From: an uncultured Verrucomicrobiae bacterium
GTDB lineage: Bacteria; Verrucomicrobiota; Verrucomicrobiia; Chthoniobacterales; Chthoniobacteraceae
NCBI GenBank assembly: GCA_963769025.1
Contig: CAVYKI010000010.1
Location: 224,001-288,000 of the forward strand
Direction of reading: 5' to 3'
Length of the DNA: 64,000 nucleotides
Below the pieces are notes generated by a model that did not search any database, was not told where the DNA came from, and worked only from the letters and a program-made list of their open reading frames with translations. The position numbers were made by a program, and so were the translations under genes. Shown here piece by piece: positions 55,646 to 64,000 of this stretch (the first letter of the stretch is position 1; every line of letters begins with the position of its first letter).

Positions 55646-58600
55646 ATGAAACGTCCCAGCCTCACCCGCATCGCCGCACTCGCCGCATTTCTCGGCGCAT
55701 CGCTCACCACATTTAACGCGCTCGCCGAGCCGCAGTGGATCTGGCTCTCGCAATCCGCGAAGCCGAAGGAAAAGGTGACGCTTGTCCGCGAGTTCACGCT
55801 CGATGGCGATGCGAAGTCCGCGACGCTTTCCGTCTCGGTGGACAATGGTGCGAAGGTCTTCATCAACGGCAAGGCGGCGGCGGAAAATCCCGACTGGCAG
55901 CAGGCGACCAAGGCCGACGTGAAGGCGCTGCTCGTGAAGGGCAAAAATGAAATCCGCATCGACGCGAAGAACCAGGACGGCAGCGCGGCGGCGGTCGCGC
56001 TGATCGATATCGAGCTGGCGGACGGAAAGAAGATCGCCATCGAGACGAATGGCGACTGGAAGGCCGCGACGACGGGAACGACGGACTTCAAGCCCGCGGC
56101 CGTCATCGCGAAATACGGCGCCGGGCCGTGGGGCGATGTCTTTGCGCGCACGGGCGGCAAGGGCACGGTGAAACGCGGCGTGGACACCAGCGTGCAGGCC
56201 GCGACGGATCCGGCGGAGATCCAGGTGCCGCCGGGCTTCAAGGTCGAGCTGCTCTACACCGTGCCGAAGGCGGAGCAGGGCTCGTGGGTTTCCATGACCG
56301 TGGACAACAAGGGCCGCCTGCTCTGCGGCGACCAGTACGGCGCGCTTTACCGCCTCACGCCGCCGCCGATCGGCAGCGGTGAAAAGGCGAAGGTCGAAAA
56401 GCTGGAGACCAAAATCGGCGGCGCTCACGGGCTGCTCTACGCGAATGATTCGCTCTATGTGATGCTCAACGAGAAGGGCGCGGCTGAGGCGAAGGGGCTC
56501 GCGTCGGGCCTGTACCGCCTCAAGGACACGGATGGTGACGGCAATTTCGGCGAGCCCGGTGCTGCTGAGCGAAATGCCCGGGCGGCGGCGAGCACGGCCC
56601 GCATTCCATGCAGCTCGCGCCGGACGGGAAGAGCATCTATTTCAACGGCGGCAACCACACGAAACTGCCGGTGAATCTCACGCTGTCGCGCCCGGCGAAG
56701 GACCAGTGGGACGAGGACCACATCCTCCCGCGCATGTGGGACGGCAACGGCCACGCACGCGGCATCCTCGCGCCCGGCGGCTACATTTGCAAAACCGACC
56801 CCGAGGGGAAAAAGGTCGAGCTGTTCTGCTACGGCTTCCGCAATCAGTTCGACTTCGCGCTCGATGCGAACGGCGAGATCTTCACCTACGACGCGGACAT
56901 GGAATGGGACATCGGCTCGCCGTGGTATCGGCCCACGCGCATCAACCATTGCGTGAGCGGCGGCGACTACGGCTGGCGCTCCGGCTCGGGAAAATGGCCG
57001 ACGTATTATCCGGACAATCTGCCCGCCGCGGTGGACATCGGCCCCGGCTCGCCGACGGGCGTGGTCTTCGGCACCGGCGCGAAATTTCCCGCGAAATATC
57101 AGCGCGCTCTCTACGGCAACGACTGGACCTACGGCACGATGTACGCGGTGCATTTCACGCCGGATGGCGCGGGCTTCAAGGCGGTGAAGGAGGAGTTCGT
57201 CTCCGGGAAACCGCTGCCGCTGACCGACGTCGTGATCCATCCGAAGGACGGCGCGATGTATTTCGCCATCGGCGGACGCCGCACGCAGAGCGGCGTGTAT
57301 CGCGTGACTTACGCCGGCAAGGAATCCACCGCGCCCGCGGCGCCTTACGCGATGACCGCGGAGATGAAGCAGCGGCACGAGCTGGAGAAACTGCACGAGG
57401 AGGGCACCGGTCCGGAGGCGATTGAAAAGGCGTGGCCGTTCCTCGCGAGCAAGGATCGCTTCCTGCGCTACGCCGCGCGCGTGGCCATCGAGCGCCAGCC
57501 CGCGAAGCTCTGGGCCGAGCGCGCGCTGAAGGAAAAGGATCCGCAGGCCATCATCGAGGCATCCATCGCGCTCGCGCGGGTCGGCCGCACGGGGAATCCG
57601 AATCCCGCGGTCGCAGGCAAGGCGCAGATCCGGCACATCATCCGGCGCTGTCGGTCCCGCGAACGCGGAGGACGCGAAGCTCCAGGCGCGCATCCTCGCC
57701 GGGCTCGACGGCATCGCATTTGCGAAGCTGGATCTCGACCATCAGCTCCAGCTCCTGCGCGCGTACCAACTCGCATTCGCGCGCCTCGGCAAGCCCGACG
57801 CGGCGGCGTGCGCAAAGGCCGCGGCGCATTTCGAGCCGCTCTACCCGCAGGCGAATGCGGACGTGAACCGCGAGCTGTCGCAGCTCCTCATCTTCCTCGA
57901 CTCGAAGAGCGTGGTCGGCAAGACGCTCGGCCTCGTCGCTTCGGCGCGCGACGATGCGGGCGCCATCGCCTCGGACGAACTGCTCGCGCGCAATCCCGGC
58001 TACGCGAAGGCCGCCGAGAGCGTGCACAGCACGCGGCCGAATCACCAGCAGATCGCGCTCATGTTTTCGCTGCGCAACGCGCGCGCCGGCTGGACGCCCG
58101 AGCTGAAGAAGACTTTCTTCTCGTGGTTCCCGCGCACGCGGGACTGGCGCGGCGGGAACAGCTTCCCGAAGTTCATCGACAACATCCGCACGGAGGCGCT
58201 CGCGAATTTCGTCCCCGACCCCGCCGAGCGCGCCACGCTCGATGCACTCTCGAAGAAGGTGCCGCCCGCGCCGCCGGCGAATGTCGTGATGCCGCAGCGG
58301 CCCCGGCAAGGCCTACACCACGGACGACGTCGTCGCGCTCACGCAGGGCGGGTTGCACGGGCGGAATTTCGAGCAGGGCAAGGCCATGTATGCCGCGACG
58401 CTCTGCGCGCGCTGCCACAAGTTCAACGGCGAGGGCGGCAGCATCGGCCCTGACCTCACCGGCGCGGGCAACCGCTACACGATGCGCGATCTTGCGGAGA
58501 ACATCATCGATCCTTCAAAGGTCATCAGCGACCAGTACGGCACGGACGAGATCGAGCTGAAGGACGGCACGAGCGTCGTCGGCCGCCCGATCGTCGAGGA

Positions 58601-58805
58601 GAACGGCAAGCTCTTCCTGATGACGAGCCCGCTCGCGCCGGACGATCTCACCGCGGTGAACTCCGCCGATGTGAAAGGCCGCAAGCCGTTCAACATTTCG
58701 ATGATGCCGCCCGGGCTCATCAACACGCTGAACAAGGACGAGCTGCTCGACCTGATCGCGTTCATGGTCAGCGGCGGGAATCCGAAGGACAAGGCGTTCA
58801 AGTAG
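55646..58805 (+). CDS. Exported glycan-binding-like + dehydrogenase-like propeller + HEAT + c-type heme protein (frameshifts near 56570, 57640, 58295)
   Basis: WIW/VDNG/GKNEI jelly-roll motifs, PPGFKVELLY, GFRNQFD, DADMEWD, CARCH, IGPDLT, SMMPPGL. Confidence 0.8.
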
Positions 58806-58853
58806 GCGGTTGCGCCCAGCGTCCCGCCGGGTCCAGTTGGAGAAATCCCGCCC

Positions 58854-61800
58854 ATGAAACCGAAGCTGACATCCATCCTCGCAGGCGCCATCGCACTCGC
58901 GGTTCCGCAGATCTCCCACTCGGAGGAGAAGGTTTCGTTCAACCGCGACATCCGGCCGATTCTTTCGGACATCTGCTTCGCCTGCCACGGGCCGGATGAA
59001 AAGGCGCGCAAGGGCGGGCTGCGGCTCGACATCAAGGAAGCCGCGATGAAGGGCGGCGAGTCAGGGCCCGGGATCGTTCCGGGCAAGCCGGAGGAGAGCG
59101 AAGTTTACAAGCGGCTCATCACGCACGACGCGGAGGAACTGATGCCGCCGAAGAAGGCGAACAAGACGCTGTCGCCGGCGCAGATTGATTCGTTCCGCCG
59201 CTGGATCGCCGAGGGCGCGGAGTATCAGGGGCATTGGGCGTTCATTCCTCCCGTAGCTGCCGACGGGAGGAGGCAGGCTGATCAAGCGCTGACGACTGCG
59301 AAGAGTGCCCGCCTCCTTCCGTCGTCGGCTACGAATGTGATCGATGCCTTCGTCCTCGCGCGACTCGCGAAGGAAGGGCTGCAGCCGCAGCCCGAGGCGC
59401 CGAAGGAAACGCTCATCCGACGCGTGACGCTCGACCTCACGGGCATTCCGCCGACGCCGGAGGAGGTGGATGCGTTCCTCGCGGATCAATCGCCGGACGC
59501 CTACGAGAAGGTCGTGGATCGCGCTGCTTTCCTCGCCGCGCTACGGCGAGCACATGGCGGCACGCTGGCTCGACATGGCGCGGTATGCGGACAGCAACGG
59601 CTTCCAGAGCGACACGCAGCGGCACATGTGGCACTGGCGCGACTGGGTGATCGATGCGTTCAACCGCGAACATGCCGTTCGATCAATTCACGATCGAGCA
59701 GCTCGCGGGCGATCTGCTGCCGAATGCCACTCGCGATCAGCTCATCGCGACGGGCTTCAATCGCAACCACCGCCTCAATGGCGAGGGCGGGCGCATCGTC
59801 GAGGAATGGTTCGCCGAGACCGTGATCGATCGCGTCGAGACGACCGGGCTCACGTGGATGGCGCTCACTTTCAACTGCTGCCGCTGCCACGATCACAAAT
59901 ACGATCCGATCTCGCAGAAGGAGTTTTACCAGCTCTTCGCGTTCTTCAATTCCAACGACGAAAACGGCGTGCTGGACGACTTCGGCGGCGCGGGAAAGAC
60001 GCGGCGCGGCGGGAACTCGCGGCCGGTGCTCGGCTTTGCCGACGCCCGAGCAGGAAGCGCAAATCGCGAAGCTCACGAAGGCCGTGAAGGACGCGGAGAA
60101 CGGCGTGGCCGCAGCGACGAAGGAACTTGCCGCGGCGCAGGCGGCGTGGGAGCCGAAATTCCGCGACCGAGATGCAGCGCGGGATGAAGCCCGTGGACGA
60201 TGCTGGACCCGAAGGAGGTCCGCAGCGACGGCGGCGCGACTTTCGCCAGGCAGGCCGACGGCTCCTGGCTCGCGAGCGGGACCAATCCGCCGTTCGATCA
60301 TATACACTCACCGCGGCGCCGATCGCGGAAGGTTCCTTCAGCGGGCTGCTGCTCGAAGTGCTTCCCGGATGCATCGCTGCCGAACAAGAGCCTCGGCCGA
60401 AACTCGAACGGCAACTTTGTCCTGACCGACGTGATCGCGGAGATCACCGCACCCGGTCTGGCGAAGCCGCTGCGTGCGACGTTCACGCGCGCGGAGGCGG
60501 ACTACAACCAGAAGGGCTACGAAGTCGGAGCTCATCGTGCAGGAAAACGCGAAGCGCGGCAAAGGCGGGAAGAAGAGCCAGGGCTGGGCGATCGACGGGC
60601 CGACGAAGCGCGACGCGCGCAAGGCGATATTCGTCACGGGCACGCCGCTCACGGTGCCGCCGAATGCGACGCTGAGCGTGACGCTGCGGCACGACTCGCT
60701 CGCGAACCACAACATCGGGCGCTTCCGCCTCTCGACGACTTCGCTGCCGCCCTCGACGGTGAAGCTCGATGGCGGCAAAAGTCGCGCCGTCCATCATCGC
60801 GGCGCTCAACGCAGAGCCCGCGAAACGCACGCCGGCGCAGAAGGCGGAGCTTGCGAAATTTTTCCGCGAGAACGCGGACAACCCGGCGAAGCGCGCGGAG
60901 GCCGCGGTCGCCGCGGCGAAGAAGGCGCTCGATGCGGTGTATGCGGATGTCTCGAGCACGATGGTGATGAAGGAACTGCCGCAGCCGCGCGAGGCGTTCA
61001 TCCTGAACCGCGGCGAATACGACAAGCCCGGCGACGTGGTGCGCCCGCGCGCTGCCCGCCGTGCTGCCGCCGATGCCCGAAGGACGCGCCGAACAACCGG
61101 CTCGGTCTCGCGCAGTGGCTCGTGAGCGGCGAGCATCCGCTGACCGCGCGCGTGTGGGTGAACCGCGCGTGGGAGCGCTTCTTCGGCACGGGCCTCGTGA
61201 AGACGTCGGAGAACCTCGGCTCGCAGGCGGAGTGGCCGAGCCATCCCGGAACTGCTCGACTGGCTCGCGACGGAATTTGTGCGGCTGAAGTGGGACATGA
61301 AGGCGATGCAGAAGCTCATCGTGATGAGCGCGACGTACCGGCAGTCGTCGCGCGTCACGCCGGAGCATCTGCGAGAGGATCCCGAGAACCGGCTGCTCGC
61401 GCGCGGACCGCGCTTCCGTCTGCCCGCCGAGGCGCTGCGCGATCAGGCGCTCGCGGTCAGCGGGCTGCTCGTGGAGAAAATCGGCGGGCCGAGCGTGCAG
61501 CCCGTACATGCCCGCCGCCGTGTGGGACGAGACGAGCGTCTATGGCGACATGCGCGAACTACAAGGAGGACACCGGCGAGGGACTTTACCGACGCACGCT
61601 CTACACGATCTGGAAGCGCACCGCCGCGCCGCCGACGATGACGATGTTCGATTCGCCGACGCGCGAGATCTGCACGGTGAAACGCTCGCGCACGAACACG
61701 CCGCTGCAGGCGCTCGCGCTGCTGAACGAAGAGACCTTCGTCGAGGCCGCGCGCATCCTCGCGGAGCGCATGATCGCCGAAGGGCGGCAGCACGCCGGAG

Positions 61801-62046
61801 GAACGCATCGCATGGGCATTCCGCCGCGCCACGTGCCGAGCACCGCGCGCGGAGGAGCTGAAGGTGCTCACCGCGGGGCTGGCGAAGCGCATGGCGCGAT
61901 TCCGGCAATCGCCCGAGGAGGCCGCGAAAATCCTCACGGTCGGCGAGACGAAGGCCGATGCGAAACTCGACCCGGCGGAGCTTGCCGCATACGCGGGCAC
62001 GGCGAACGTCCTGCTGAACCTCGACGAGGTCGTGACGCGGGAGTGA
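58854..62046 (+). CDS. Planctomycete cytochrome c + DUF1549 + DUF1553 protein (many frameshifts)
   Basis: [76 protein letters not shown]. Confidence 0.85.
59252..59333. repeat. Family-2 GTAG inverted repeat (REPIN-like) inside the DUF1549/1553 CDS
   Basis: CGTAGCTGCCGACGGGAGGAGGCAGG ... CCCGCCTCCTTCCGTCGTCGGCTACG; arms are complementary at 22/26 positions. Confidence 0.75.
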
Positions 62047-62229
62047 GCGGAACCCGGATCGCGTGCTGAATCCCATGAAATGGCTTACTCGGGGCGTGAG
62101 GCGGGTTTGGGAGCAGCCGCAGCTTTTGAGGCGGACGGCTTTCTTTCAAATGTCCGTTCGCTGACTTGGTTTCCTACCTTCCCCGGAGCAGCCGCAACAC
62201 ACTGGGACCGCCATTTTCCAAAATCACGA

Positions 62230-64000
62230 ATGAACACCGCACATACTCCGTCGCTCGCGCTGGCCGCGATGCTTGCCGCCACTCCCGCCTTTTCCGCAAA
62301 GCCGCCGGTGCCCGAACCGGCGCCGATCCTGCCGGCGGGCCAGGCGACGCCACTCGCGAAGCAGATGCCGATGCTGTCCCCTGCCGATGAGCTGAAGACC
62401 ATCCAGCTCCCCGACGGCTACCGGCTGGAACTGGTCCTGAGCGAGCCGGACATCAAGGAGCCGATGGCGATCGCGTTCGACGGGAACGGGCGGATGTATG
62501 TCGTGGAAATGCGGACCTACATGCAGGACATCGACGGCACGGGCGAGCACGAGCCGAGGAGCCGCGTTTCGCGCCACGAGAGCACGAAGGGCGACGGGAA
62601 TTACGACAAGCACACAGCCTTTGCGGACAACCTGAAGATCCCGCGCATGGTGCTGCCGTTGCAGGATTCCGTGCTGATCGGCGAGACAGACACGAATGAC
62701 ATCAACGAATTCCGCGACAAGAACGGCGACGGCGTGGCGGATGAAAAGACGCCGTGGTACGAGGGCGGGCCGCGCGGCGGGAACATGGAGCACCAGCCGA
62801 GCGGGCTGGTGTGGGCGATGGATAATTGGATCTACACGACCTACAACGCGTACCGCCTGCGGTGGAATCCGAAGGGCCCGATTTTGAAGGAGCCGACTGC
62901 GCCGAATGGCGGACAGTGGGGCCTTTGCCAGGACGACTTTGGCAAGCCGTGGTTTTCAAACGCGGGCGGCGAAAAGGGCGTGTGGAATTTCCAGACGCAC
63001 ATCGCATACGGCGCGATCAACGTGCCGAGCCAGTGGGACGAGACGTGGATGACGGTGTGGCCGGCGGTGGGGCTGTTCGACGTGCAAGGCGGCAAGAACC
63101 GGCACCGTGAAGACGGGACGGTGAATCATTTCACGGCATCGTGCGGGCAGGAGATTTTCCGCGGCGACCGATTGCCGGCGGAAATGCGCGGCGACGTGTT
63201 TTTGCCCGAGCCGGTCGGGCGGCTGATCCGGCGCGGCAAGCTCGAGGTGAAGGACGGCATCACCACGCTGAAGAATCCGTATCCGGAGTCGGAGTTCATC
63301 CGCAGCATCGATCCGAATTTCCGCCCGGTGAACATGGCGACGGGACCGGACGGCTGCCTTTACATCGTGGATGCGTACCGCGGGATCATCCAGGAGGGGA
63401 ATTGGGTGAAGGCCGGATCGTATCTGCGTCCGCAGGTGGAGCGGTATGGGCTGCAGAACAACATCGGCCACGGACGCGTGTGGCGGCTCGTGCACAAGGA
63501 TTTCACGCCTGGCCCGCAGCCGAAGATGCTCGACGAAAAGCCGGCGCAGCTCGTCGCGCACCTCGAACACCCGAACGGCTTCTGGCGGGATTCCGCGCAG
63601 AAGCTGCTGGTCGTGCGGCAGGATCAATCGGTCGTTCCCGCACTCCAAACGGTGGCGCGCACGAGCAAGAACCCGCTCGCGCGGATGCACGCGATGTGGA
63701 CGCTCGAAGGACTCGGCGCGCTCGATGCGACGCTCGCGCGGGAAAAGCTGAAGGACGAAAATCCGCGCGTCCGGGAAAATGCGATCCGCGCGACGGAATC
63801 ACTCATCAAGGCAGGTGACAAGACGCTGGGCGCGGAGATCGCCGCACTGGCGACGGACAAGGATCCGAATGTGGTCATCCAGGTGATCGCCACGTCGAAG
63901 GTGCAGAATTTTCCCGGCTGGGAGACACTCGCGCAGACGACGATCGCCGCGAGCAAGTCGCAGGGCGTGCAGGAAATCGGCAAGGCGCTCATCACGACCT
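62230..64000 (+). CDS. PVC-type dehydrogenase-like propeller + HEAT protein, 3'-partial (no stop in window, so absent from ORF track)
   Basis: MNTAHTPSLALAAMLAATPAFSA signal; LPDGYRLELV, FDGNGRMYVVEMRTYM, FRPVNMATGPDG, HPNGFWRD. Confidence 0.85.
   Translation, partial: MNTAHTPSLALAAMLAATPAFSAKPPVPEPAPILPAGQATPLAKQMPMLSPADELKTIQLPDGYRLELVLSEPDIKEPMAIAFDGNGRMYVVEMRTYMQDIDGTGEHEPRSRVSRHESTKGDGNYDKHTAFADNLKIPRMVLPLQDSVLIGETDTNDINEFRDKNGDGVADEKTPWYEGGPRGGNMEHQPSGLVWAMDNWIYTTYNAYRLRWNPKGPILKEPTAPNGGQWGLCQDDFGKPWFSNAGGEKGVWNFQTHIAYGAINVPSQWDETWMTVWPAVGLFDVQGGKNRHREDGTVNHFTASCGQEIFRGDRLPAEMRGDVFLPEPVGRLIRRGKLEVKDGITTLKNPYPESEFIRSIDPNFRPVNMATGPDGCLYIVDAYRGIIQEGNWVKAGSYLRPQVERYGLQNNIGHGRVWRLVHKDFTPGPQPKMLDEKPAQLVAHLEHPNGFWRDSAQKLLVVRQDQSVVPALQTVARTSKNPLARMHAMWTLEGLGALDATLAREKLKDENPRVRENAIRATESLIKAGDKTLGAEIAALATDKDPNVVIQVIATSKVQNFPGWETLAQTTIAASKSQGVQEIGKALITT

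Overview
GC-rich bacterial chromosomal segment. Gene content (PVC-type heme/dehydrogenase proteins, DUF1549/DUF1553/DUF1501, DUF1080, Bat operon) points to a PVC-superphylum organism, most likely Verrucomicrobiota (inference). It holds housekeeping genes (uvrD/pcrA, ygfZ, two PPIases, hemW, alr, lepB, xth, mgtE), a complete moxR-DUF58-batABCDE operon, three tRNAs (Tyr-GTA, Leu-TAA, Arg-ACG), a LysR-pirin-wrbA-doxX cluster, a DUF1549/1553-DUF1501-PPC module and a ~12.5 kb run of large exported redox proteins. Many genes from 17 kb onward carry frameshifts. Those I traced are single-base insertions and look like long-read errors, not pseudogenes. Most interesting: (i) two GTAG-type REP/REPIN repeat families, with copies read in-frame inside protein genes and overlapping stop codons; (ii) tandem alpha/alpha-barrel paralogs, the complete one having a TonB/TolA-like SxxxH anchor and Pro-rich linker; (iii) propeller dehydrogenase-like proteins ending in either a blue-copper or a heme c module; (iv) a possible tRNA-Arg islet carrying an orphan kinase; (v) an entericidin-like lipoprotein missed by the ORF track. 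No CRISPR array, transposase, integrase or prophage gene was seen. All family calls come from motif recognition, not database searches.
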